Source: an uncultured Nitrososphaerales archaeon
GTDB taxonomy: Archaea > Thermoproteota > Nitrososphaeria > Nitrososphaerales > Nitrososphaeraceae
DNA length: 64,000 nucleotides
NCBI GenBank assembly: GCA_963709405.1
Contig: CAVPXM010000060.1
Coordinates: 32,439 to 96,438 of the forward strand
Direction of reading: 5' to 3'
Of this stretch, positions 25,852 through 37,015 are shown piece by piece. The notes beneath the pieces were generated by a model, which was given only the letters and a program-made list of their open reading frames with translations, ran no database searches and was not told the DNA's origin. How positions within the stretch are numbered: the first letter of the stretch is position 1; the number at the start of each line of letters is the position of its first letter. Position numbers and translations under genes: made by a program.

Positions 25852-26216
25852 GTGTACCGATTGCAATAGACTACGAACGACTGACTCATTCGTATTGCTA
25901 GGTACGACTCATCAGGAAGATTTCCAACGGTTTGTCCATTTATGGAAGCGATCGATATAGTTAGTCAAGTTCAATAGGTCTAGATGTCTGGATACATATG
26001 CCCTACTTGTTAGTTCACTAGGAATTCAGACGAGTCACGGTAAAAGTTCATAATAACGCTACGAAGTTCGGGATTATGCAGTGGTTGTTGGCAGAGGGAA
26101 AATATAGAATTTATCGGGGGATATCTTAGTTCAGCAGGAACATCCAACTCAAGACTTTACTATGACTTAAGACCACTTGCGCTAATACGTTCCGTGTATC
26201 CATGCCCAACGAGAAC

Positions 26217-28930
26217 CTACTTTTTATTTCTTTCAAGATCAGCCATTGATTTTCTTGCGCTCTCGATTGCCTTCTTTCTTCTTGGTTGAATTACTAATAT
26301 ATATACTGAACCTATGGTATAAATTGCCAATAAGATAAGCTGAGCAACTACTGATTCAAGGGTGGGATGAATTCCTGTCATTTCTGCCAGATTTATGTCA
26401 AGTCTTGGAACAACTCCTATAAGACTTGTCGTTGAGATATACCCAATTTCTTGAAATGAACGTATTGCATTACCCATGAATGCTATAGACATGTAGGCTC
26501 CAACTCCCATCGTCAAACCGAATAGTAGACGAAGGGGCAATTTTCTACCCAATCTTCGAATGAGAAATACTATCCCAATTATTACTGCAAGACCTGAAAT
26601 AAACCCTGCAATCACATACCATTCCATATATTTTGCAAAAGACAACATTGCTTGATAAAATAGGACGGTTTCAAACCCCTCCCTATAAACAGTAAAGAAG
26701 GAAAGCATAACAAAAACTATGACACTACCAGTAGTAGTTGCCTTCCACACTTTTGCCTTTACAAATTCTATCCATTTTTTAGTTTCAATTTTATTTAGAA
26801 CCCAGAAGCTGACCCAGAATAAAATTGCCACTGCAGAAATACCAGCAACTGCTTCGATAATTTCCCTGTTAGCTCCTGAGACTTCTATAATGTATTGAGC
26901 AACAGACCACGTTACGGCGGTTGCTACAATTGAGATAATTATACCGTAATAGACGTGTTTCTTGAATCGATAATTCCTAGACGCTTCCAAATATGTTAGA
27001 ATGGCTCCTATAATAAGTGCGGATTCCAATCCCTCCCTAAATATTATTGAAAATGAAGTCGAGAAGGCGATACCTGGCGCTACTACACCAGTTCCTGAAA
27101 CCAGCCTCTCGGATTCATCGAGACCCTGTTTGATCTCGAATACCTTACTCTGAACTTTATCATAAGGCACTTTGGTCTGAATTAGATTGCGTAGCTCGGC
27201 AAATTTTATTTCCATATCCAATGTGAAGTCCGGGTTAATTGGTCTTAATGGAATCTCTACGCTTTCGTAGTTATCCAAGTATGCAGAGCGCGATGTCGAA
27301 AATGCTTCTTCATAATTACCTTTTTTATATGTCGAAAGCATATCATTCAACTTCGATCCAATCTGATCTACATCGTTTCGAACAATTCCCTTCGAGGATT
27401 CATCAGCTTGTCCGATACTTCGTCGATCTCCAGTATATACTCCAAATCCTTTACTAAGAGCTTGAATGTCAGCAAAGCCCTTGCCCTTCGTTTCAATAGT
27501 ACCAGCAGATGAAACCAACTGCGTTGACAATTCATTTTTAGAAGAGCTGCCCGCAGATAGCGCTGTTGTCGTTGTCGTAATCACGGACTTGCTTCTTAGT
27601 AGAGATTCTGCCTTGTCCAAATTCACACGTATTCCGTTAATGAAAGCAACTATCTCGCTAGGATGTGCTTTCTTATTAAGCATATCTCTAAGATGTTCTC
27701 TCAATGCCAACTCTATGTCGATCTTCAGTTTATGATCATACTTGTCAATTGGACGTTCAAGATATTCAAAATTATCCAAATATGCAGTAACAACCGTATC
27801 ATCGGCCTGACCATAGTTTCCAGCCTTGACATACGCAATCGCACTCTTAAGATCATTTTGTATGGTCGAAAAATACGTTGCATCTTCATCTGTGGCAGGA
27901 GTGTTGTATGTTGTAGTAGTATTTCTATTGCTGTTAGCACTAATACTGCCCGTATAATTACGAGCTGACGATAATTCCTGTGTTAGATCGCTTTCAAGCT
28001 CGGAGAAGAGTCTCGAAACTGTTTGCTTATCCGATCTTTTTCCCATGTAATTTATTAGCTGGTTATACGCTAGTTTAATTTCAGAGTTCTTGTTATTACT
28101 TAAAGAATTTGATATTTTCCCATAGTTTGCTTGCGATACCTGAATCAGACCTAATGCATTTTGATAATCAATATTATCAACGTTTTTTTTGGCAATGTTT
28201 GTGTTATAATTATTTACGCTACTCACAGAGGATCCTAGTCCTCCTGCTTTGACACTATTTGATTGAGATAAACTGAGATTGGATAGTTGGTAAGACCTGT
28301 TCGCATCGTTCAATAAGAGAGCAGCGGTTTGCGCAAGCATCATGTCTCTCTTATCGGTCTTAAGTATCGGATTTAATATTTGATTGTAAACATTAGTCAA
28401 ATCATTTCTACTAACTATCAAGTCTCTCTTCACGGTAACTGGATCTCCGGTTTTTATCATAAACGTGATATCGGTCAACCCTGATTCAAGCTTCTTGGCT
28501 GAATTGGCGTACCCTGCCTTCTCAAGAATGTTTTTTATCGAAGGAAATATGACAGTATGCGTAATGTATGAATGAGCAAATGCCATATTGCTATCCCCGT
28601 TTGCTAGGCTTCGCTCAGTCAACATTAGCTGCCGTCCTAATCCTTTCGAAATTGGTCATCAAGATTATCGCATCAGTATCATTAACTTTATCCATTAATC
28701 TCTCTGTAACCGAACCAGCAATTGCCGCAGGCGATAATAGGACCGGCTCCCATAACATTACGTCGTACAAGCTGGGCAAAGACCAGATTTTTAGATAGAA
28801 GGTAAACTGTCATAACATTTGCTAATAATAACAAGACAAGTATTGTGGCAGTTATCTGTGATATTCGATTTTGACTCGAGTTCTTCTTTTTACCTGCTAG
28901 CATAGTTTTTTTCTCCATCTTTCCTATCAT
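26217..28930 (-). CDS. FTR1-family iron permease with large extracellular helical region (N-terminus frameshifted)
   Basis: REGLE and REGFE (REGxE) motifs, 7-TM C-terminal domain, two AYLDN[FY]E repeats; signal segment in ORF 28688..28930. Confidence 0.92.
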
Positions 28931-29028
28931 TCAAGCCTCCACTCGCATGCTATCACTATAAATCACTATATTGATAATACTGGATTTCAGCAACTCTAGT
29001 GTCAACACCCCTTATAAAGTCTATCACA

Positions 29029-29046
29029 ATTCTCGAGATTGAGAAT
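29029..29046. promoter_or_regulatory. ATTCTC-N6-GAGAAT palindrome upstream of the FTR1 TATA box
   Basis: ATTCTC GAGATT GAGAAT; TTTATAAG at 29018-29011 on the minus strand. Confidence 0.7.
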
Positions 29047-29374
29047 GACGTGATATGATGAGTGCAGATCTGTTGGGCTGGTATCACATTTTATACTGGC
29101 GTTATTCCCAAGTCAACAATAAACACTAAATGTTAGTAATAATGGTAATACCAAATGCAGTTGGATCCCATTTTGCTCAGTAAGTTTTTAAAGATATAAA
29201 TCTTTGTACTAAAAGTTGAGTGGTTGCACGGTATTCCTGAACTCTAAAGAAATGGAGATCGATTAGCTATATCGTTATAGCATAGTACCAACACAAAAAG
29301 GGAAGATGACAGCAGAACGTGGTATAATTAGGAAGCATTAAGAGTAATCAATTCTAACTCATACAGGACGGCCC

Positions 29375-29566
29375 TTGACTCGAAGTACATATTGTACTAA
29401 TTGCAAGAAGAATGTCGAAATGATAGAGGAGAAGTACCTGAAACTAGCTAACAGCCGTCTTGTAATCGAAGGATATTGCTCGGTATGCAAGATAAAGCTG
29501 TTGAAGGCAAAAGTAATGCCACAATCAGGAAAGAAACCACATACCAAATGGAGAAAAAGACACTAA
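29375..29566 (+). CDS. Small basic zinc-ribbon protein (DUF5679-like)
   Basis: YCTNCKK...GYCSVCKIKL. Confidence 0.7.
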   Translation: MTRSTYCTNCKKNVEMIEEKYLKLANSRLVIEGYCSVCKIKLLKAKVMPQSGKKPHTKWRKRH

Positions 29567-29652
29567 ATAATAACTAATGCTAACGATAGATTGGAAATGT
29601 AATGACTATAAATGAAAGAAAGATAAGAATTCAAAATGAGAATTAAAATGCT

Positions 29653-30138
29653 TTATCGTATCTCCAATTTGGCAAGAATATCTTCTATATTCTGTTCGTC
29701 TTCGAGCTCAGCATCGAGCAGATCCAAGGCAAGATTGTAGGATGCATTATCCTTGTCTTTCGTACTGTTAGCCAAGTCATTATACAATTTTATTATGACC
29801 CTTTCAAATTCTAAAGCCTTCTCAAGTGAGCTTCGCAAAGTCAAATATCTAGATGGCTGTAGTTTCCCCAAACCGCTGTCTTGCTCCCACTGAGCAGGAT
29901 CATCGTTAGGAGTAACCTCAAGCTGCATTAATCTAAATGCCACCTTCTTTGAATGTCCTATTTCTTCCTTTGCTCGTTCTTCAAAGAATTTTTGTTCCAA
30001 CACGCCCAAACCTTCGATATTCTGCGAGATATACCAAAAGTAATGAAAAGTTGAAAGCTCGGCGCCATATGCTTTCTTTAACATCTGGACAGTACCTTCG
30101 ATACCAGAGCCAGATATCTCTTTAGCCATCTTACCCAT
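29653..30138 (-). CDS. Ferritin-like/Dps-like di-iron protein
   Basis: LKKAYGAELSTFHY, EERAKEEIGH, ALEFERVIIKLY, AELEDE four-helix carboxylate pattern; own TATA at 30160-30168. Confidence 0.85.
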   Translation of the reverse strand: MGKMAKEISGSGIEGTVQMLKKAYGAELSTFHYFWYISQNIEGLGVLEQKFFEERAKEEIGHSKKVAFRLMQLEVTPNDDPAQWEQDSGLGKLQPSRYLTLRSSLEKALEFERVIIKLYNDLANSTKDKDNASYNLALDLLDAELEDEQNIEDILAKLEIR

Positions 30139-30238
30139 GAATAAATTCCATCTCACAAGTTATTTAAACATTGTCGAAGGGGATCACATTTCACGATAGT
30201 ATGCAAAATACCTAGATTTATAGTGCAGATGGAATCCT

Positions 30239-30493
30239 CTATTCGCTAATGTTTTTATCTTTTCTAGTATTCGGAAGCTCTAAGCCGATTACGCCCATCA
30301 TAGAATCACCTATTGGCTCAAATAGTATTCTTAGAGATTCATTGTCATAAAATCTGGCAATTTCACTTAGTTTAGATTCTATCTTTTTTTGCTCTATCTT
30401 TAAAAGAACATATCTAGCTATTAAGGCCTTTACTTCGTCTGCCTTATCTTCTGGTATCGCATGTTTATTGTTGTTATTACTTTTAGAAGACAT
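30239..30493 (-). CDS. Hypothetical coiled-coil protein
   Basis: 84-aa ATG ORF, co-oriented with 30542..30748 and the ferritin gene. Confidence 0.6.
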   Translation of the reverse strand: MSSKSNNNNKHAIPEDKADEVKALIARYVLLKIEQKKIESKLSEIARFYDNESLRILFEPIGDSMMGVIGLELPNTRKDKNISE

Positions 30494-30541
30494 TACAGTA
30501 TTTCGTTATCTACGTCTGCACAACACATCTTTAATTAATTA

Positions 30542-30748
30542 TTATGGCGCGTTCTTCAATATAGTTACAGGCCCATATCTAACCTGAGTTTCATTCAATG
30601 CATATAACATCTGTTCTAAGGGATCTAGTATACCATCGGTATTCTCACATATAAATATCATAGAGTTATCTTCATCAAATTCTAGCCGATCCTGTTCCTC
30701 ACACCTCTCACTTTTGTTTAAATGAAGAAGTTCTTGTTGTGAAATCAT
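30542..30748 (-). CDS. Small acidic hypothetical protein
   Basis: 68 aa; ATG lies about 28 nt after a TATA box, consistent with a leaderless transcript. Confidence 0.65.
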   Translation of the reverse strand: MISQQELLHLNKSERCEEQDRLEFDEDNSMIFICENTDGILDPLEQMLYALNETQVRYGPVTILKNAP

Positions 30749-30785
30749 TAGGTGCCCCTAATTAGGGGCGTCTAATATTTAAACG
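30748..30785 (-). promoter_or_regulatory. TATA box plus two tandem TTAGG-N4-CCTAA operators
   Basis: TTAGGTGCCCCTAA (30748-61), TTAGGGGCGTCTAA (30762-75), then TATTTAAACG; same layout as 25814-25851. Confidence 0.75.
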
Positions 30786-30798
30786 ATCTTGTTCTCTT

Positions 30799-31760
30799 GG
30801 CTCTGTAGAAACCATGTTTTGAATACCGTTAGAGCTTTCTAGACGTATGATCCAATATGGATGTTGAAAGAATCAAGATATGTTAGGCTGGCAAATACTA
30901 TGTACCGTGTTTTGAAAAATTCAAGGATACCATTGTTTCTTCACAGGAAGAGCAACCATATCTTTACGATGTGGCAGCATCTAGTATTGCTTACAATAAG
31001 ACAGTACGAAGGTAAGAAAGAGTTATAGAATGTTTGTTGAGTGGTTAATTGAAGCGTATTACTTAAGAATCTTTCTACGATTATCACGTATACCTCATTT
31101 TACAACATTGCAGAAATTTACAGAAAGAATTAACAATGCATTGCTCGAAAGGATAATTTCGTCATTCATTGTAATTAGCGGTACCAAGCATATCTTTGTA
31201 GGAATAGATTCGACAGGATTCAAGAAAGATAACTCATGCTTCACAGTATTGTACTGATCGAACAGGATTAGAAAGAAGAAAATATGCGAAATTATCTATT
31301 GGAGCCGATGTATTACTACAAATCATATGTACTATTAAGATAAGACGAGCTCCAACAAGACATGATAATATAGATTTCAAGCCAATCAGTAATAAGGACG
31401 TCAAATATCCTTCCATTATCTGTAGTTACAGCTGATAAGGGATATGATAGTGAAGATAATCATCTTTTGGTAAGAGAAGACTTATGCGTTCAGTGTAATC
31501 CCAGCTCGATATGAGCACGTACCAATATGGAGAACACATGGCAAATACAGAAAGCAGATGAAACGTGGTTACTCCAAATTGCTGTACAATCAACGGAACA
31601 AGGATGAAACCATAATGTCAGTCATAAAACGACTATTTGGAGAGCATCTTATGTCTAGATTGACTAGAACACAGAACAGGGAATTGTCATTCAGATGCAT
31701 AACCTACAACATGCATAGATTGACTAATCTTATAATATTGATGATGGTTTCTACAAAGCC
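30799..31760 (+). mobile_element. Full-length IS5-family element (IS903-like ends) with frameshifted DDE transposase
   Basis: 17-bp TIRs GGCTCTGTAGAAACCAT / ATGGTTTCTACAAAGCC (16/17 match); 9-bp target duplication TGTTCTCTT at 30790-98 and 31761-69; IPHFTTLQKF, GIDSTGF, ADKGYDSE, YNQRNKDETIMSVIKRLFGE. Confidence 0.93.
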
Positions 31761-32136
31761 TGTTCTCTTATAACTTATTGTTATGGGTTTCATCATAAAA
31801 TCAAGACATAGAATATTACATGTGTACTTGGCTTTCTTTCTGTTTTGAGTCGAGGTGACAATGTTAGTTATTTCGACAAAACCTGATATAAGTAGAGCAT
31901 ACTATTAAAGACTAACCTGTATAAAGAGCGTGAAATATCACTTATATAGTAGTAATCCAACGTTCCATAGTCGTTCTCTACGTTCAAGCAAAGCTAAATA
32001 TACAAATAGCATTATACGCGTAGGTTCACAAATTAAAATTAATTGCATATGATGTCCGTACACGAAAGTCGATTTTTCATTTCCGATTTGAGAATCATCC
32101 AAATAAATTAAATATCGTATTAGTGCAGATCTGTTA

Positions 32137-32397
32137 ATGGATTGCGCAGTATATGACACATACGTAGAGAAGAAAGATGGCAAAGTAATGCATTTCGATG
32201 TGATTGTTGAAAAGAGTACACCTCACGAAAGGGCGATTGAGTATGGCAAAAACTATTTGGAAGGTGTTGGCCAAGGAGGTCAAACCATGACCCAAGAAGA
32301 ATGTCAGTTTTGTCATATTCAAAAGGCGCCAGATGCAATTGAGAAAGAAATTTCGTCAAATGGTTTTTTCATACAAGAAATGGAAGGCTGTCCATAG
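32137..32397 (+). CDS. DUF2024-family protein
   Basis: AVYDTYVEKKDGKVMHFDVIV...AIEYGKNYL...ECQFCH. Confidence 0.85.
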   Translation: MDCAVYDTYVEKKDGKVMHFDVIVEKSTPHERAIEYGKNYLEGVGQGGQTMTQEECQFCHIQKAPDAIEKEISSNGFFIQEMEGCP

Positions 32398-32620
32398 TTA
32401 AGAAACTGAGTGGGCATTCATTTTATCTAGGTTAAATTACTTTAATCAATCCTAATTTTTTTGTAAATTATACGAAAATAACGTTTAGTAGAGAATCGGT
32501 TCTAATAGATCTACAGATGTTGCATACATCTCATATTGAATTACTTATCCAACCATACAGCTAAAATTATAGAAATCGTAACTGATTAATAAATGTCTAA
32601 AAATTAGATGCTTTTCCCAT

Positions 32621-33917
32621 CTAATCAGGTATCTTTATATCGTATTGCAATAACAGGCTATCTAAGTACCTCTGGAATTTTCCGTTAGATATTATATCGT
32701 CTGAATAAATTCCTAGTGCGATCACTCTGCCCTGTTTATAATTAAGCTCATAGGAGGCGATTACAGGTTTTTTGTGAAATAAATATTCAGGTACCGAGGC
32801 ATTGTAATTCAACAAAACTATATCTTTAGGGTTGGTAATATACTGTTCTTCATGAGGTTTATATCCGAATGGATCATTAACGAATCTGCTTACACATTTA
32901 TAACACAAGTAATTGCTACCAACCCATTGCGATGTTTCGCTTTTCCACCTCTCATTGATACTCTTCCAAGCGGATTTTCCGTTGAACGTCCAACCGTGGC
33001 CCTTTACTAGTGTTACATCCTGATTATTTCTATCATATTTTACCTGAGCAAAGAAAACATTACCATCCAAGATAATCATCGTTCCCCCATTTGAAACAAA
33101 TTCTTTTAGATTATTATATTCTTCCTGAGTCACGTATTCTTGGTGTCCCAGAATTATTACATCGAACATATTTCTATCTTTAGCATTCTTATCAAAAATT
33201 GACCCATTATCTACATCAGCATCTGATAATACGATGATATTAGAGTCTTGGGTTAACCATTTAAGGTTATTAAGTAAATTAAGCATTGCAAAAGCCGACC
33301 TTGCTGAAGGTGATGTCAAATTAGTACTAGTATTAATTACTTTACTGGAGAGCAGTTTTAAATTAGTAGTCACATTAACTTCAGGTAGGGTGTTAGCGTA
33401 TTTCTTGTAAAACACATAGAAGGCATGATTGTAAGCTCGCAGTTGTAAAGGTGGGATTAACGAGAGCAATCCTTATCCCAGCCCCAAACTCACCAGTATG
33501 TGTATTATTTTCAGGAGTTGATAATTCTCTTTTGTCTTCTGAGAAGGAATAATAGGTGTTGTTATTACCAGAGTTACTACTTACAATACTACCGTTTTTA
33601 TTTACGTTAGCCGAACCGCTAGTAGCCAATCTCTGAGATGAGAGGTTAGAGTTATCCCCATTTCTCATGGTCTCTACTAGTGACAGTGGCGAACTTAGTT
33701 TCTTGAGATCAGGTGGTATAGAATTACTATCTGTTTTACGTAAAGTTACTGGCCGAACTGTTAAGGTCCCGTTTCGATGTGCTAAAGTTATGTTTTGAGC
33801 AAAACCCTGCATGTTCGCTAATAACCTTGTTTCAATGAGTACCAATATTATTATTGAAGTCAGAACTACGGCAATTAGCGGCAAGCTGATAGTTAATGCG
33901 TAAGGAAATTTTCTCAT
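32621..33917 (-). CDS. Secreted protein with N,N-dimethylformamidase beta-subunit-like domain (frameshift near 33445)
   Basis: N-terminal TM; IALVNPTFT..AY, DVIILGHQEYVTQEEYNNLKEFVSNGG, NVFFAQV. Confidence 0.75.
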
Positions 33918-34093
33918 TTATCTATAATGCGAACCTTCCCTTCACATTTTCGTATCTTGTCGAGGTGTCCAAGAATCTTCAACTCCATCTGTTCACACAT
34001 CACATCTGTTCGTATACCTTTTCAAACACCCATTCATTAAGCTTGCAGATCAATATTAATTTGCATATCGCCGCATAATTAAGTAATCGTCCT

Positions 34094-34111
34094 ATTCTCA
34101 GACTTGAGAGT
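34094..34111. promoter_or_regulatory. ATTCTC-N6-GAGAGT palindrome variant
   Basis: One mismatch to consensus; TTAATTAT follows after 11 nt on the minus strand. Confidence 0.5.
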
Positions 34112-34132
34112 CGATTAAATATTAAGATTTCC

Positions 34133-34190
34133 TGCTTTGTTGCATAATTCATAAACATCGTCATCTTGTAATGCTTTTAGCACTTCTCAG
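34133..34190 (-). mobile_element. IS5-family right-end remnant
   Basis: TGCTTTGTTGCATAAT end matches TGCTCTGTTGCATGAT at 57758; minus strand reads ...MFMNYATKQ. Confidence 0.45.
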
Positions 34191-34483
34191 GAATGGGCCA
34201 AATACGGATTATTCTCTTTTGACTGAAGGTTTCAAAGTTTCCTATTAATAAATAAAACTACATTCGAAACGAAACCATGAATAGATGGAGTCAAATGACT
34301 AATATCGCAACCTGGTAGAATAATCAGGCATAGTTTCCTTAAACGTAATCGAATATCAAATGGATAATCATCCAAAAGAGTAAGTACCAGCATTGCAATC
34401 TACAAAGTTCTAATAATTACAAGTAGCAACATTAGGAAGTATGATAAGCTTAAAGAAAATAAATAAGAAAAAGACAGTACCTA

Positions 34484-35212
34484 CTAGTGCATGGTAGCTA
34501 TTCTAGAAGTTTGATCTGGTCTAAATTTATTCCAAAGTAAACCAAAGAACACTCCAATCAGAACAAAAAATATTGCCATAGTTGTCCCGGTCAAGGCTCT
34601 AAATGTATTGACCACAGTCATAGGTATCTCGATTTTATCTGGGTTTGGCTCCCATATAAAATATATCGAAGCGATTGCTACCATATATATTGCCGGTACA
34701 ATATACGAAATTTTAGTAACGCTTCTAAATTTAAAGAACAAGATACCCATGACAAGAGCTATAATTATAGACGCTATCTGAAATGTAGTGTATAAATGGT
34801 CTCTTAAACCGATCGTATCAGGATTGCCTACTGCGGGAGGATTTGGGGGATACTTGGTAAATGGAACTAGATAAATTGCTAGATACATCAATCCTGCCAA
34901 GAGAATAGCCTTCTTTTTATCGTCAGAGAATGGGAGATATTTTCTAACGAATACATAAGCAATTCCCAATAAACCTCCATATGCCATTCCTATAAATGCA
35001 GCCGCAGCAAAGGTTCCAGATTTTTGCCATATCCTATATGAGTTTACTTCGCCAAAATCTACTTTCTCTCCTTTAGCCATATCTTTTTGAAGTTCATAAC
35101 CAATTGCCTTATCTGTTGTGGGCTCCACTATGAATAGATTTATACAGGCTAATATTTCGCCTGCCATGATGCCAGAGATAAGAGAAATGATAATAAAAAG
35201 AAGAGTTTTCAT
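34484..35212 (-). CDS. cbtA: Cobalt transporter CbtA-family subunit
   Basis: VEPTTDKAIGYE, VPFTKYPPNPPAVGNPDTIGLR, multi-TM. Confidence 0.9.
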   Translation of the reverse strand: MKTLLFIIISLISGIMAGEILACINLFIVEPTTDKAIGYELQKDMAKGEKVDFGEVNSYRIWQKSGTFAAAAFIGMAYGGLLGIAYVFVRKYLPFSDDKKKAILLAGLMYLAIYLVPFTKYPPNPPAVGNPDTIGLRDHLYTTFQIASIIIALVMGILFFKFRSVTKISYIVPAIYMVAIASIYFIWEPNPDKIEIPMTVVNTFRALTGTTMAIFFVLIGVFFGLLWNKFRPDQTSRIATMH

Positions 35213-35247
35213 AAGATTAACCTATTGGCATTTCAAAAAAAGTTAAG

Positions 35248-35466
35248 TTAGTGGCATGGAAATCCGGATTCATGTCTTATATCATGCACGAATTCATGTA
35301 ACCACATTGTATCATATGCAGATTTACCTTGTACCAGGCTAAAGATCTGACCTGTATCATAACCTACCGCAAACAAGCTAAATAATGCTATTCCAGCTAA
35401 TATGCCAATACCGATGATCGGAAGTTCACGTCTATACATAATTCTTTGATCTTGGCTAAGACTCAT
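35248..35466 (-). CDS. cbtB: Cobalt transporter CbtB-family subunit
   Basis: Single TM then LHEFVHDIRHESGFPCH; start placed about 25 nt after the TATA box. Confidence 0.9.
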   Translation of the reverse strand: MSLSQDQRIMYRRELPIIGIGILAGIALFSLFAVGYDTGQIFSLVQGKSAYDTMWLHEFVHDIRHESGFPCH

Positions 35467-35501
35467 TTCCATAATAATAGAAATAATATGTATATAAACA
35501 A

Positions 35502-35518
35502 TTGTATGGTTTATCCAA
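35502..35518. promoter_or_regulatory. TTGGATA-N3-TATCCAA-type operator next to the cbtB TATA box
   Basis: TTGGATAAACCATACAA on the minus strand; 15/17 identical to the perfect palindrome at 35786-35802. Confidence 0.55.
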
Positions 35519-35785
35519 CGCATGAATGGGTCAATTAAGAGTTGAATAACAGAATAAATACAACGTCGAATTTACACAAATGTCTTATAAGAAGAGCATA
35601 AGATCTTGAAAGTAATAAATCAGCAGGTATTACCATTTCCAAAACTTTCGTCGGGAAGAAGGAATATTAAATACAATTTTATAAATCGAGGAACATAAAT
35701 CAAGCTACTATATAGTTTGAATTAAAATATCGTTTAATTCCAATTGAGCCGATTCTCATCATGCCGAGAAGAAATTAGCCCTTGA

Positions 35786-35802
35786 TTGGATAAACTATCC
35801 AA
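35786..35802. promoter_or_regulatory. Perfect palindrome TTGGATA-AAC-TATCCAA
   Basis: Followed directly by ATATATAT, in the divergent intergenic region between cbtB and 35994. Confidence 0.55.
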
Positions 35803-35993
35803 ATATATATTTGATTAAATAAAGTGATAGTGGCATAATTGAAAGATAGTAAATGTCCTGCTACTAAAATAAACACGACAGCTATCACTGAATTACAAAT
35901 GAATAGGAAAGCCCACATATCTCAATCGTCATTAAACATCCGAATGGATCTGTGATATTGTCAAAGACGATCGCATTTTAGAGATCAAAAAAA

Positions 35994-36742
35994 GTGTTGA
36001 TAACCACAGCGATAGCTGCTGCTATTGCTTTAGTAGCTGGAACCATTCTTATGGGACCTTTTTCATCCGCTTCTAATACCGCACCTGATTTTCAATTGAG
36101 GACGCTAGATGGAAAACAATTGGAGGGAATAGTGCGGATGGAAAGCAGAGTGAAACCGCAAGCGGTTTGCAGAAGTTTCTTACAAAACACGCTAATCCTT
36201 GGATGGAAGGTTGCGTTAGACACAGATAGGACGATTGTGAAGTATGCCATTATAGGACTAGACTCTACTGTCATAGTTGATAAAATTGGTAATCTAGCAT
36301 TCAAAAAACCTAGACTCCACTGGGTTCCGGTCATTAAGAGATGCAGTGTCGACGAGTATAATGACCTCAATATTTCGCCAACCAAATTCTTTTTGAGGGA
36401 TAATAACAAATACGGCTTGAAAAAAATAGACTACCGTTACTTCTTTCTGTTTGGGAAAGGATATGCAATTATTTCCCTAAATTGTACTCTTCCATTATTT
36501 CTCTTCCTAATCTCACAAGGTATATCCGCTGGAGGTCTTACACAAGGACCTGTTATTTTCTTAACTTATGCCTTAGGCATGGGTACCATGATGACCATCA
36601 TATCTCAAATCAAACTTTTACAAAGTTATATTCAACAAAATTAACGCATAATGTGAACATAATAACGAGTGTGATTCTAATTCTAGCAGGAGTCTATTTG
36701 GTTTATTATAACTTGGTCATCGGTAGACTGATGCTTGCATAG
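35994..36742 (+). pseudogene. Decayed redoxin plus CcdA/DsbD-like membrane protein remnants
   Basis: APDFQLRTLDGK and STVIVDKIG (redoxin, CxxC lost) joined to ISLNCTLPLF...FLTYALGMG...ILILAGVYLVYY (CcdA C-terminus); internal deletions and a frameshift. Confidence 0.7.
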
Positions 36743-37015
36743 GCTAAGATGATTTGAGTATTACAAAGCTAATTTATTGATTAGGAATGTATGGTCTTAT
36801 TTCAAAACAAGATTATTAATTTTCTTGCTAGAGGTGTTTCTCTATAAACAAACCTAGATTAATTATTTGGTCCTACGAATGAAATCTGTTTATTCTAAAT
36901 CAATATTTTGGTCTTCCGGTTATGTATTAAAATTTTCATAATTTGACCTAAAGTGTAAATATCCAGTTTCACTAATACAATCTGCTGAGGGTTCGGCTCC
37001 ATCTACCATATATTC

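Noticed and set aside
32536-32552. TTGAATT-ACT-TATCCAA resembling the cbtB operator
   Set aside because: Lies between convergent gene ends, so there is no promoter to control; two mismatches.
35753-35772. ATTCTC...GAGAA near cbtB, plus similar half-sites at 3571, 37960 and 59789
   Set aside because: Wrong spacer length or two or more mismatches, and no TATA element 11 nt away.
35520-35990. Cobalamin riboswitch upstream of cbtB
   Set aside because: No recognisable B12-box or GGGAA/T-loop architecture, and cbtB appears leaderless.
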